This document shows positions 21,547 to 34,632 of a DNA stretch of 64,000 nt, piece by piece. The notes under the pieces were generated by a model that did not search any database, was not told the origin of the DNA, and saw only the letters and a program-made list of their open reading frames with translations. The position numbers were made by a program, and so were the translations under genes. The DNA comes from an uncultured Phycisphaerales bacterium (lineage in GTDB: Bacteria; Planctomycetota; Phycisphaerae; Tepidisphaerales; Tepidisphaeraceae): the NCBI GenBank assembly GCA_963755915.1, contig CAVWLP010000002.1, positions 4,944,363-5,008,362 on the forward strand. Direction: 5' to 3'. How positions within the stretch are numbered: position 1 is the stretch's first letter; every line of letters begins with the position of its first letter.

Positions 21547-22371
21547 TCAATAGTTGTAGTTACCCGGTTGAATCACAAAGCTGGCGTAACGCGATGCCAG
21601 GAAGAGGCAAATGTTATCGCCCCCCATCTGAGGGTATTTCCACCGATCGTCGAGGTGAGCGTCGAGGTAGTCGCGCTTCCCATCGAAGTCGTATGGGATC
21701 GTGAAGCGGCTACAGTCCTTTGAAGTAATTTGCGCGGCGTAAAAGCGCAAATCCAGGGGACGCCAATCATCTTCGGGTTCGAATTTCGACCAAAGGACAT
21801 TCCCGGAAACCTCGATGGGTGGCGAAACCAACGTTGCGGGGCGAAAGATCTGGCAATCGATGTTGAAGTCGTGCCGAAACGGCCAGATTATACCAACGAG
21901 CGGTCCGTCTGTTTCGCAGATCCAGTCAGCTCGCAGAATGACGAGGTAAGAAGCGCCGGAGGTGGCCTGCATTCTATGGGCAAACAAGATTCGGGGACTC
22001 ATCGGACAGGGAAACTGTCGCGGATTCAGCGAGAGAAACTTTACCAGACATTGTGGAATCGCCGCGATGGCGCCATCGGGCACCCCATTGTCCGGATCGG
22101 ACAAATAACCGCGTCCGGCAACAGGGAGCCTGGAGTTATCCTTTCCGACTGCCTCATAAGTGATAAGGCCTGAAGGCGGACTGTAATTAAGACACTCGTG
22201 CTGCCAATAAAGCTGACAAATTTGACGCCAGACAGGCGCTTCCCACCGGTGCCATGCAATAGTTATTCCCGCGACCACGAACGCGATTAATAGCGGACCA
22301 CTGTATCGCTTCCACCAGTTCGGTGCCCGCGAGAAGTATTCGAGCGGAATCGGTGGGGACGGTGCGCTCAT
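21547..22371 (-). CDS. single-pass membrane hypothetical protein, paralog of 14971-15612
   Basis: PLEY, TM segment, YWQHEC, FAHRMQ, FYAAQ...SRFTIPYDFDG. Confidence 0.7.
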   Translation of the reverse strand: MSAPSPPIPLEYFSRAPNWWKRYSGPLLIAFVVAGITIAWHRWEAPVWRQICQLYWQHECLNYSPPSGLITYEAVGKDNSRLPVAGRGYLSDPDNGVPDGAIAAIPQCLVKFLSLNPRQFPCPMSPRILFAHRMQATSGASYLVILRADWICETDGPLVGIIWPFRHDFNIDCQIFRPATLVSPPIEVSGNVLWSKFEPEDDWRPLDLRFYAAQITSKDCSRFTIPYDFDGKRDYLDAHLDDRWKYPQMGGDNICLFLASRYASFVIQPGNYNY

Positions 22372-22546
22372 CAGCTTGAAGTGCGGCCACTCGTATTACG
22401 GACGAGTTGACAGAAAGTTGCAGAAACGCCGCAGAAGGGCCACACAAAGACAAAAAATACCCTCCAGACCTCGTTCGGCATTTGGCAATCGGCATTGATC
22501 CCCGCCAACTTGTCCATTCGCCCAGGGCCTCATACAGTTCTCATAG

Positions 22547-23344
22547 ATGAACCCGACAACGATCGAGACGACCCAGCCCGCGACAACGGAACGGCCGGTG
22601 CGGCTTCGCATCCGCCGGCAGGACGGGCCTGACAAGCCGCCGCGGTGGGAGGAATTTGCCGTCCCACGACGGCCGAACATGAACATCATTTCCTGCCTGC
22701 AATACATCGCCGCCCATCCGACAACCATCGAAGGAAAGGCGACGACGCCGCCGGTTTAGGACAGCGGATGCCTGGAGGAAGTCTGCGGCGCCTGCACGAT
22801 GGTGATCAACGGCCGGGTGCGGCAGAGCTGCTCGGCCCTGGTCGACAAGCTTGGCGGTCGAGCGAGCCAATCACGCTGGAGCCGATGAAGAAATTTCCGC
22901 TGGTGCGCGACCTTGTTCGTCGATCGCTCCCGGCTGTTCAACGATCTGAAAGCGATGAAAGCCTGGGTGCCGATCGACGGAACCTACGATCTCGGCCAGG
23001 GGCCGGCCATCTCCCAGACGAAGCAGGAAGAGCGCTATCCGCTGTCGCGCTGCATCAGTTGCGGATGCTGCCTGGAGGCGTGCCCGCAATACACGCCGGT
23101 GAATCATTTCGTCGGCGCGGCCGTCATCAGCCAGGTGCGGCTCTTCAACGATCACCCCACCGGCAACGCCCTGAAATCGGAGCGGCTGGACACGCTGATG
23201 GAAGAAGGCGGCGTCGCCGATTGCGGCAAAGGCCGGCAACTGCGTGCAGGTCTGCCCCAAGGAAATCCCGCTTCTGGAAAGCATCGCCACGCGTGCAGCG
23301 GCAGGCGACGGTTCAAACCGATCAAGAAATTTTTCTCACGGTGA
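22547..23344 (+). CDS. sdhB: succinate dehydrogenase/fumarate reductase Fe-S subunit (frameshifts and an in-frame TAG at 22757)
   Basis: CLEEVCGAC.M.INGR..QSC (2Fe-2S), CISCGCCLEACP, CG..GNC..VCP. Confidence 0.88.
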
Positions 23345-23347
23345 CCA

Positions 23348-23775
23348 TTGAAGAGATTCCTCGTTCCGTTCGTGGTTGTCGATCTCATTTTTGTCGCTGG
23401 GATTGTTTTCTACTTTTTATACGTGCGAAGGGGCCCTTCCGCTTCGGCGGGATCGCCAAACATTCACGCCGAGGTTCGCCACACGGAGACCGACCTGACG
23501 GAAATCGACCTGGTGAACGACGGCAACGCCCCGGTCCATTGGCGGTCGATGTCGATGTTTCCTGGCCCGATGCGGATTTTGTGGATGCGAAGGGGCTCTC
23601 ATCGTTCGACAAAATCGAAACGGGCAGGCGAAGTTTGCGGTTTCATCCGCAGACGTCATTGACGGGAACGCAAATCTATCCGGGAAAGCCGGAGGCCGTG
23701 GGGTGGGTAAAACTTACCGATGATGTGCCGGTGCATGCGGAAATCGTCAGCGACGACAACACGACGCAACCATAA
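23348..23775 (+). CDS. membrane-anchored hypothetical protein (frameshifted)
   Basis: N-terminal TM 'FLVPFVVVDLIFVAGIVFYFLY'; continues in another frame to 23775. Confidence 0.55.
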
Positions 23776-23792
23776 CGCGGAAAAGAGCTCGT

Positions 23793-24297
23793 ATGGCCAA
23801 ACCGCGGCTCATCATTTTTCGGGATTGCCGGGCACGGGGAAGACGGCGGTGGCCAAAGTTCTGGCGGCGCGAATGACCGCGGTTTATCTTCGTGCCGATA
23901 CGATTGAAACTGCGCTCCGAGATGGGGGGATTTCGAAGATTGATGGACTGGGGTACATGGTCGCGTGTGCGATCGTCGCGAGAACCTGCAGCTTGGCAAT
24001 TCAGTTGTCGCGGATTCAGTGAATCCCTGGAGGCTGACACGCGATTGGTGGAGAGCGGCTGCGAAAGATGTGAATGCTCCATACTTCGATGTGGAAGTCG
24101 TTTGCTCTGACATCAGCGAGCACCGGCGGAGGGTTGAAAATCGAAGCAGTGATATCACCGGCCTAGCGCTGCCCACTTGGCAGGAGGTGGTGGACCGCGA
24201 ATATCATCCCTGGACGGAGCTGCGGCTGCAGATCGATACGGCAGTCCTTACGATTCAGGACGCCGCCGATAAGATACTTCAATGGGTTTCCCAGTAA
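23793..24297 (+). CDS. AAA_33/P-loop kinase family protein (frameshifts)
   Basis: SGLPGTGKT, VVADSVNP, EHRRRVENR, TWQEVVDREYHPW. Confidence 0.85.
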
Positions 24298-24311
24298 CGG
24301 CAAGATCGGGT

Positions 24312-24463
24312 TTAACCGCCCGCTTCGCTGGAGACCGCAAAGACCGCAAAGCAAATGCTGATTTACATTTTCTATGGCACTTCAATACTCGCATTTCTTG
24401 GCGCTGTTGGCGTCTTGGCGGTTAAAAATCTTATAACCCGCCAAGACGCCAAGAGCGCAAGAA
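24312..24463. repeat. cluster of REP-like inverted repeats
   Basis: TTAACCGCCCGCTTCGCT (reverse of the 17011 motif); TTGGCGTCTTGGCGG paired with CCGCCAAGACGCCAA. Confidence 0.7.
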
Positions 24464-24513
24464 AATACAGAAGATATTTTATATTGCCCGTTTTTGATTA
24501 AGCTGGTCATACG

Positions 24514-25503
24514 TCAGTTGGTTTTTAGAAATGATTTCATGTCGCGCACGACCTCATCCTGCCGCTGAATGAAACAGAAATGGTCGGTGTCATCCATCTC
24601 GACAACGCGTGCAGCAGGGACTTTTTGCTTGAGAGATCGAATCTGGCTGTGCCACCAATCCATCGCGTGATCGACAATTTGCTGAACGCGGGCGTGATTG
24701 GGGTCGCCGGTTGGAGGGACGAAACGCTGGAGCCGGTGGTCGGCGAAGAAGGCCTGGATGGGGCATCTGAGGGAAGCAAAGTCGCGCGGCGTGGAGAAAT
24801 AGACGACGCCAAGGGCTTCCCAGGCACTCGCGGGAGTGGAGGAGCGGGCGGTGATGCCTTGCGGGGTGACGATGCAGGTGGCGCGGAGATCGGCCTCGCA
24901 GGCGTCGTTCCAGCCGGGGCGATGGGTTTGGAACCAGTGGAGAAGCGACGGGAAGTTGGCGCTGTCGGCTGAGGTGCGCTGCGGGGTGATGGATTCGATT
25001 TGGCCCAGGAGATCGACAGTCCCAGGCTGGTCGTAGGTGTAGGCACAATCGAAATAGACGAGCTTATCGACGCGGGTGGGGAAGAGCTGGGCGAAGCCGG
25101 TCAACTCAACCTCGGCGAAGGAATGACCGGCGAGGATGGCGTGGTCGATTTTGAGGGCGTCGAGGAAGCCACGCACGTCCTGGACGAGGGTCATGCCGTC
25201 GTAGCCGACGGCGGGCTTATCGGATTTCCCAAACCCGCGGCGCATGAGCGCCAGCACGTGAAAATGATCGGTGAACTGCGGAGCGATGTCATCGAAAATA
25301 TGGGCCGTGCTGCCCAGCCCGGCCAGAAACACCAGCGGCTCTCCGCGACCGCCCCAGTCGAGGTATTCGAGATTGATTCCGTTGACTTGGACGAAGGCTT
25401 CTTTGTGCGGGGATTTATCGACCCATTGGCCGGGCGCGGTCTGGGCGGAAAGAATTCGCGCCTGGACAACAAAGATCAAAATAAAGGCCCCGCGCCAAAT
25501 CAT
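24514..25503 (-). CDS. secreted alpha/beta hydrolase
   Basis: YLDWGG, FLAGLG, RRGFGKSD, nucleophile elbow GHSFA, C-terminal His (TDH). Confidence 0.9.
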   Translation of the reverse strand: MIWRGAFILIFVVQARILSAQTAPGQWVDKSPHKEAFVQVNGINLEYLDWGGRGEPLVFLAGLGSTAHIFDDIAPQFTDHFHVLALMRRGFGKSDKPAVGYDGMTLVQDVRGFLDALKIDHAILAGHSFAEVELTGFAQLFPTRVDKLVYFDCAYTYDQPGTVDLLGQIESITPQRTSADSANFPSLLHWFQTHRPGWNDACEADLRATCIVTPQGITARSSTPASAWEALGVVYFSTPRDFASLRCPIQAFFADHRLQRFVPPTGDPNHARVQQIVDHAMDWWHSQIRSLKQKVPAARVVEMDDTDHFCFIQRQDEVVRDMKSFLKTN

Positions 25504-25529
25504 ATTTTGTCGCTGGATGATAGCGGATT

Positions 25530-25689
25530 TTCACCGCCGAGAGCGATCAGCCGCGAAGGCATCGACAATGCCCCCACCCCAACCCTCCCCCGGAGTACCA
25601 GGGGAGGGGGAAGGCGCTTAGTCTCACACGGCTTGATTGGTTTCTATTTCTCCGCGCTCTCCGCTTTCTCAAGCGAAGCGGGCGGTGAA
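25530..25689. repeat. REP-like inverted-repeat element containing copy 2 of the 40-bp repeat (25570-25609)
   Basis: TTCACCGC...AGCGAAGCGGGCGGTGAA ends as at 16913-17028, with the CCCCACCCCAACCCTCCCCC...GGGGAGGGG unit inside. Confidence 0.75.
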
Positions 25690-25700
25690 CCTCTTTTTTT

Positions 25701-27533
25701 CTAGTGAATCGCCGGCCTGACGCAAAACGTCGCGGGCATCGCCAGCAAAACGGAATCGTGCTGGAGCATTTCGATTTGCAGCAGAGCGGCGTTGATGGCG
25801 GCCAGATGTTGGGCGTCGAGGCCGATCAGATACGGCTGGGCAAGCTTGATGAGCCAATCCGATTTGGGACCAGTCGTGACATTGGCAGTATCACTGTCGT
25901 CGCCGGCGGATTGCTCCATCAGTTGCTGGAGGAAATTCTTGGGTGGTGGAATCGTACGGACGTCATAGTCGGTGATTTTGGCTTCGTCGGCCGCGAAGGC
26001 AATCGCGTCAGACAGGGTGCCGATGCGATCGACCAGGCCGTTATCGACGGCTTGTTCGCCGGTGAAGACTCGGCCGGCGTTGAGATCGGTGAAGGGTTTC
26101 TTCAGCTTCCCGGCACGGTTTGCCGTGACGTGATTTTCGAAGATCGCGACCAGTTCATTGGTGAAGGCCTGCATCTGCTGGCGCTGGTCGGGGGAGAAGA
26201 CGCTGTCGGTTGCGAGGAGGTCGGCGTTGGCGCCGCGCTGGTAGGCTTTGAAGGTGACGCCGATCTTGTTCCACATGTCGGTGGTGGCGAATTTGCCGGT
26301 GAGTCCGCCGATGGAGGCGGTGAGCGTGGAGGCGTCGGCAAAGAGGGTGTCAGAGGCGCAGGTGACGTAATATCCCCCGCTGCCGGCGACGTCGCCCATG
26401 GAGACGACGAGCGGCTTTTTGGCTTTGAGTCGCTGGGTGGCGCGGAGAATGATTTCGCTGGCCGTGGCGGAGCCGCCCGGCGAGGCGACGCGCAGAACGA
26501 CGGCCTTGACGGAATCATCGTCCTGGGCCTGGCGCAGGGCTTTGACGATGTCGTCCGAGGCGGCCATTTCGCTGGCGAAGAGGCCGGAATTATTTTTGCC
26601 GGGGACGATCATGCCATCGATATAAACGATGCCGACGGCGGGTTTGCCGGTGGAAGAACCGGGGGGATTCATCATCTGCGCGAAGATTTGCATCAGCGCG
26701 AAGGGGTTGGAGAAATTGAGCTCGGGCGGTTTCTCCTGGGCATAGCGCTTATCGAAGACGGCGTCCTGGCCGTACTTGTCTTTGAGCATCGAAGTGAGCT
26801 CGGCGCGGTCGAGGATGGAATCAATAAGGCCGGCCTGTTTGGCTGTGTCCGGAGTATAGAGGGCAGCATCGAACCAGGATTTCACTTGAGTGGCGCCGAC
26901 GCCGCGGCCGGTGGAGACGAGCTGGATCGCGGTGCCGTAGAGGGAATCGACGAGCCAGTTGGTCATGGCGTCGGCTTCGGGGCTGGGGCCGTCGCGCATG
27001 AAGATTTCGGAGGCGCTTTTGTAGGCGCCGCTGTGGATGAAATCGGGCTGGATACCGAGCTTGAGGAGCAGGCCGTGGATGTAGGGTTCGTCGGCATGGA
27101 TTCCGCCGACCCAGACGATGCTTTCGGGAGCGACGCTGATATTGGTGGCGCCGGAGGCGAGGAGATATTGCGCGAACTCCAGCTCGTCGGCGTGAGCGTA
27201 GACGTCTTTGCCGCTGTCACGGAGATTCTTCATCGCTTCGCGCAGCTCTTCGCACTGGGCAATGCCGAAACTGGCGTCGTCCTCGAGGATCACGACGGCT
27301 TTGACGGCAGGGTCTTTGGCGGCTTTGTCCATGCGGGAGACAACATCGCGAAGATTTGGGGGCTGAGGGCCAAAAAGGGCGAGCGAAGCATCGGTTGGTG
27401 TTTCGGTCATTTGGCCGGCAAGGTCGAAGACGGGGACGATGGGTTTGGGGGGCGGGGCGGATGCGGTTTGGGCGCGGGTGGTGGAGACGGTCAGGAGCAG
27501 AATTGAGAGGATGGATACGATGTGCGCGGTCAT
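25701..27533 (-). CDS. sppA: signal peptide peptidase SppA (protease IV, 67K type)
   Basis: Two S49 domains; YKSASE, LRVASPGGSA, VVSMGDVAGSGGYY, GRVFTG. Confidence 0.92.
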   Translation of the reverse strand: MTAHIVSILSILLLTVSTTRAQTASAPPPKPIVPVFDLAGQMTETPTDASLALFGPQPPNLRDVVSRMDKAAKDPAVKAVVILEDDASFGIAQCEELREAMKNLRDSGKDVYAHADELEFAQYLLASGATNISVAPESIVWVGGIHADEPYIHGLLLKLGIQPDFIHSGAYKSASEIFMRDGPSPEADAMTNWLVDSLYGTAIQLVSTGRGVGATQVKSWFDAALYTPDTAKQAGLIDSILDRAELTSMLKDKYGQDAVFDKRYAQEKPPELNFSNPFALMQIFAQMMNPPGSSTGKPAVGIVYIDGMIVPGKNNSGLFASEMAASDDIVKALRQAQDDDSVKAVVLRVASPGGSATASEIILRATQRLKAKKPLVVSMGDVAGSGGYYVTCASDTLFADASTLTASIGGLTGKFATTDMWNKIGVTFKAYQRGANADLLATDSVFSPDQRQQMQAFTNELVAIFENHVTANRAGKLKKPFTDLNAGRVFTGEQAVDNGLVDRIGTLSDAIAFAADEAKITDYDVRTIPPPKNFLQQLMEQSAGDDSDTANVTTGPKSDWLIKLAQPYLIGLDAQHLAAINAALLQIEMLQHDSVLLAMPATFCVRPAIH

Positions 27534-27626
27534 GGGTGTTCCTTTCGCTATCAGTTAGACGTAATCGCAGGAAAATAATGACAGAAATCTGTTGGGAAGC
27601 AAAAGGGCGGGGCTGAATCGCCGGCT

Positions 27627-30330
<2,704 letters not shown>

Positions 30331-30334
<4 letters not shown>

Positions 30335-31441
30335 TGCAGGCTTACGACGTTCTTAATTCCCCCGGGCGTCCCGGTCAACAACTCGACCGCCCGATCGATC
30401 GGAATCGGCCGGTGATCAGCCTCTCCAAAACGCCGGGCCAACGTCTGCGAATTCCGAAAGGTCGGTAATCGCATCCATAAACGCCTGTTTTCCGGCATTC
30501 ACCGTGCCGTAAATCACCTGATTCTTCAGCACAAAATCGCGCATGAGGCGATCGGTGTCGATGGAGATCGGACCTTTTCTGCCGGGAACTCCGGTGAATA
30601 TAAACACCGCATTGGTGCCGAGCACGCGCATGACGTCAAACGCCAGTGACGAAGCCCCTACCGCTTCATAAACGACGTCGATGCCGCCGACAGTCCGGGC
30701 CATCTCGTCCACGGAGCTCTGGTCCGAGGAAATGTATTTCGCGCCGATGGCCGAGCAGAGATCGGCGCGAGGATTGGGAACTGCGGATTTTCGAATAAAC
30801 AAACGTCTGAAACCCGCGTACTGCCAGCGCCATGGCCCCCAGCAGCCCAACCGGACCCGCGCCGAGCACAAGCGCTTTATGACAGTAGTTGGACGGCCGG
30901 CCGGGTTGGGTTGCACAGGCCCAGGGAACCGCGCCTGCACCTGCCATAATTGTTCGATGGCTTTCTGGGCGATGGTAAGGGGCTCGACGAGAACGGCGAC
31001 ATTCCGCAGATCGGGCGGAACGAGATTCATATATATTTCGTCATCGACGACCAACTCAGTCATATACCCATGCCGGCCTTTAATGCCGCGCTCCGTGAAA
31101 TCGCCGGTGTAACAAAAATCCTGGCGGCCCGCGCGGCAGGCCACGCATTCGGGATGATCGCATGGGCGGCGCACCATCGTCACTACAAGATCCCCCCTCT
31201 TCAGCGATTTCACCTCCGCACCCGTTTCCACAACTTCACCGAGCGATTCATGCCCGATGACCAGATAGTCCGATCCCGTCGGAGGCGTGCCGTACTGGAA
31301 CGTAACGATTTCCTTGTCGGTGCCGCAAATCCCAATGTCGATCATCCGAAGCTTCACATCCGAGGGCGAGCCGATTGACGGCTCGGGGTGATCGATGAGT
31401 TTCACCTGCCGGCTGGATGGAAAAACGGCGACGGCTTTCAC
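30331..31441 (-). CDS. zinc-dependent glucose 1-dehydrogenase (MDR family), frameshifted
   Basis: [35 protein letters not shown]; stop overlaps the glucosidase ATG. Confidence 0.85.
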
Positions 31442-31662
31442 TGAGGATCTCCTTAGCCCAAACAGGCACTATAGCGTGAGCCTTGGTACCTGGGAGCGTT
31501 ATCATCGCTCGCATAATTTGCGACATCGCGATCGCGTTTTACGACACACAATGAAATTTTCTTGCCTTAAATGCACCGGCAATTTAGGCTGATGCCCCGT
31601 CTTCAGGGCATCATTCGATTGCCCGGCTCCGAGTCATTTTAACTATCGGAAAGGTGGAAGAT

Positions 31663-32757
31663 ATGCGCCTCACAACTTCTACGAAATCCCGACTTATCCT
31701 GGCATTTGCCGCAGCCGCCGGCCTGCGACTCCTCTCGGGCGCGGGATTTTGCATGGGTCAGTCCAGTTCGATCACGTCTTACGACCTCGATGGAAGCGTT
31801 CTCCAGACAATCGACATTTACGGAGAGGTGGACGAAATCGCCTACGACAGCGACGGGAATGCTTTGGTCGCCGGCGTGAATGACATCGGAGGAAATCCCA
31901 TCAGCAGCCAGATCAATACTTACGACGCGGATGGGAACCTGCTTACATCCGTCGATGGCGACGGCAACATCACCCAGATGACATACGATGCCGACAATGT
32001 CCGCACCGACGTGACCACCACCAACGATAATGTCCATTATACAACGACGGAATATGACGCCGACGGCAACGTGATCAGAAGCATCGATTCATCGGGGACG
32101 ATAACCTCGACGACGTACGACACGGACGATAATCGTCTGGAGGTGACCACCGAGGGCGGGACAAACAATTTCACTACGACTCAATACGATCCTGACGGGA
32201 ATGTCATCGAAACCATCGACGGCGAGGGAAACGTCACGCATACGCTATACGATGCCGATGACGATCGCACGGTTCAGGTTACGCAGGACAGCCCATCTCA
32301 ATTCACCACCGTTGAGTACGACAAAGATGGAAGCGTAGTGTCGTCATACGATGGGACGGGAAACGTAACCGAGACCGCCTACGATTCGGACGACGATCGA
32401 GTCGATCTGATCACGCAAAGCGGGCCGAATTACACAATGACTTCCTATGATTTGGAGGGGAACGTCATTCAGTCGGTGGACGGCGACGGCAATGTGACCT
32501 CCATCACCTACGATTCCGACAGCAATCGCATCGCAGTGCTGACGCAGGATGGGCCCGCGAATTACACGATGACAACCTACGATAGCGATGGAAATGTCAT
32601 CCAATCGGTGGACGGGGACGGGATGGTGACATCGACGGCCTATGATTCGGTGGGCAATGAGATTTATGTCGCGGCGACTTTGCCGGAGCCGGCGTCGTTT
32701 GGGGCTGTAGGGGTGCTGGTTGCAGGATTGGTGATGAGGAGACGCAGGGGAGCTTAA
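31663..32757 (+). CDS. YD-repeat protein with signal peptide and PEP-CTERM sorting domain
   Basis: 14 in-register YDxDG-type motifs; C-terminus LPEPAS + hydrophobic helix + RRRR. Confidence 0.8.
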   Translation: MRLTTSTKSRLILAFAAAAGLRLLSGAGFCMGQSSSITSYDLDGSVLQTIDIYGEVDEIAYDSDGNALVAGVNDIGGNPISSQINTYDADGNLLTSVDGDGNITQMTYDADNVRTDVTTTNDNVHYTTTEYDADGNVIRSIDSSGTITSTTYDTDDNRLEVTTEGGTNNFTTTQYDPDGNVIETIDGEGNVTHTLYDADDDRTVQVTQDSPSQFTTVEYDKDGSVVSSYDGTGNVTETAYDSDDDRVDLITQSGPNYTMTSYDLEGNVIQSVDGDGNVTSITYDSDSNRIAVLTQDGPANYTMTTYDSDGNVIQSVDGDGMVTSTAYDSVGNEIYVAATLPEPASFGAVGVLVAGLVMRRRRGA

Positions 32758-32758
32758 T

Positions 32759-33312
32759 CTACGGGCGCTTGAATATTCGGGCGATCGGGAGCACGAATCC
32801 CGGGAGCGCTGGTTCGCCGATGATTTCGTCCGTGGCTGTCAATCGAATGGCGGGTGCGGCTGCTCGATAGATTGTTACTGTCATCGTTTTCGGGTCAGTG
32901 ACCCAGCACGAAGTCGCACCGTGAACGAGCCACATGTTTATCTTTTCCGCAGCTTCGCGTTTGGTGTCATCGGGCGAGAGAACTTCCACGGCCAGATCGG
33001 GCACTCCGGGAAAATATTTCTGCCAGCCCCCCGCGGGAATTCTGTTTTTTCGAACAAAGGCGGCATCCGGGCGCGAACCAAGTCCGGGTCCGATTCCAGT
33101 TTAAATCCCGTTTCCGCGCCTAAAACCGCGCCCAGATCATTTTGCTCTACAAACTCGCCCAGAAATCGAGCCATTCGCGCCGCCACAATCCCATGATCAA
33201 AACCGGCTGGACTCATCTTGATTAATTCCCCATAAATGAGCTCGCACCGACCGATATCGCCCATCTTGAGCAACTCATCGGCCGTGACAAGTTTTGTCGA
33301 AGTGCTGCTCAC
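32759..33312 (-). CDS. Uma2/DUF820 family endonuclease-like protein (frameshifted)
   Basis: ELIYGELIKMSPA...HG, AETGF, PDLAVEVLSP, LPGF. Confidence 0.88.
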
Positions 33313-33313
33313 G

Positions 33314-34405
33314 CTAATGCCCCTTCCCAAAAAACGTCTTGATCGAATCGTAAATATCGTCCTTCGAATTCACCCGGCTGGTCAGCACCTTCTCGTGATT
33401 GCGAAGATGCTCATGCAGCACGTTGATGAAGTTCCCCGAACCATACGCGCTGGCCACCTGGCAATACCCGAACATATTGCAGACCGGCAAAAGCTGCTCT
33501 TTCAGCAGCTTCACGCAGTCGCGGCTGTCGGCCTCGGAGCTGTTGTCACCGTCGCTGAAATGGAAGAGATAGATGTTCCACTCCTCCGGCGAATAATGCG
33601 CATCGAGCAATGCCTTGGCCGTGCGGAATGCGCTGCTGATCTTGGTGCCGCCGTCTTCGCGAAGATGATAAAACGTGTGCTTGTCGACTTCCTTGGCCTG
33701 CACGTCGTGCACGATGTAGCGTGATTCGATCCCCTCGTAATTTTTTCGCAGCCAGGTATCAATCCAGAAGCTTTCCAGCCGCACCAGCTCTTTCTGCTCT
33801 TCGCCCATCGAACCCGATACGTCCATCATAAAAACAATAACCGCGTTGGACTGCGGTGATTTAATTTCCTTCCAGCTTCGATAGCGGATGTCCTTCCGCT
33901 GCGGCACGATCATCGGAAAATCGGGATCGTAATCCCCGATCATGATCTGCCGCTTCAGCGCTTCCTTGAACGACCGCTTGAAATGGCGCAGCGATTCAGG
34001 ACCAACCCGCCGAATCCCGCTGTACTTGTCGCGAATGGTGGTGATCCGATGCTTTCCCTTGGGATCGATGCGCGGCAGCTTCAATTCCTCGGCAAGAATC
34101 TCCGCCAGCTCGTCCAGCGTAAGATCGACTTCCATGATGTGCTGGCCCGCCTCGGTCCCGCCGGAAAGCTTGTTCCCTTTGCCGACAACATCCCCTTCCT
34201 TCCCGTCGCCCGCTCCCACACCGGCCGAGTTGTCGCCGTACCGGAAATGCGGCAGCTCGATCCCGCGCAGCGGGATGCTGATCAGGTGCTTGCCTTCCTT
34301 GCCAATGAGTTCGCCCTTGGTCAGAAATTTGCGCAGGTCGTCCCGGATCCGGCCCTTCACAATCTGCCGGAAACGCTGATGATCTTTTTCGATTTTGAGG
34401 ATCAT
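33314..34405 (-). CDS. DUF444 (YeaH/YhbH) vWA-like protein
   Basis: MMDVSGSM, GGTKISSA, WNIYLFHFSDGDN; downstream of prkA. Confidence 0.92.
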   Translation of the reverse strand: MILKIEKDHQRFRQIVKGRIRDDLRKFLTKGELIGKEGKHLISIPLRGIELPHFRYGDNSAGVGAGDGKEGDVVGKGNKLSGGTEAGQHIMEVDLTLDELAEILAEELKLPRIDPKGKHRITTIRDKYSGIRRVGPESLRHFKRSFKEALKRQIMIGDYDPDFPMIVPQRKDIRYRSWKEIKSPQSNAVIVFMMDVSGSMGEEQKELVRLESFWIDTWLRKNYEGIESRYIVHDVQAKEVDKHTFYHLREDGGTKISSAFRTAKALLDAHYSPEEWNIYLFHFSDGDNSSEADSRDCVKLLKEQLLPVCNMFGYCQVASAYGSGNFINVLHEHLRNHEKVLTSRVNSKDDIYDSIKTFFGKGH

Positions 34406-34617
34406 GGGTTTGTTTGTTCCGTGTTCTCAAAAGCAACGATCTGGCTCAGGCGTAATACCGCTTTTCGGTCCGAGCGGGGAAAATAATAGTCCAACTGGGT
34501 TCGCCCGATTGCAACCTGATAGGGGCTGCTGACTTCGTAGCTGTGGCCGCTTGCCAGCACAATTCGAAAGTTGGCAAACGGCTCGCGATCAAGAAATTCC
34601 TTCAGATCATCCAGCAT
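34402..34617 (-). CDS. small hypothetical protein
   Basis: LDREPFANFRIVLASGHSYEV..P, a pattern common in planctomycete small proteins; overlaps the DUF444 start. Confidence 0.7.
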   Translation of the reverse strand: MLDDLKEFLDREPFANFRIVLASGHSYEVSSPYQVAIGRTQLDYYFPRSDRKAVLRLSQIVAFENTEQTNP

Positions 34618-34632
34618 CCGAAATCTCCGCTA

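Noticed and set aside
22757-22759. In-frame TAG in sdhB as pyrrolysine or recoding
   Set aside because: It falls at a position expected to be Trp (TGG) in a gene with several other errors. TAG ends other genes normally here, and no pyl genes are present.
25704-27506. 600-aa plus-strand ORF, and similar long antisense ORFs (35268-36671, 17416-18576, 5701-6864)
   Set aside because: These are antisense shadows of well-supported genes, expected in high-GC DNA, and carry no motifs.
31663-32757. RHS polymorphic toxin
   Set aside because: No RHS core motif, toxin domain or immunity gene; it ends in PEP-CTERM.
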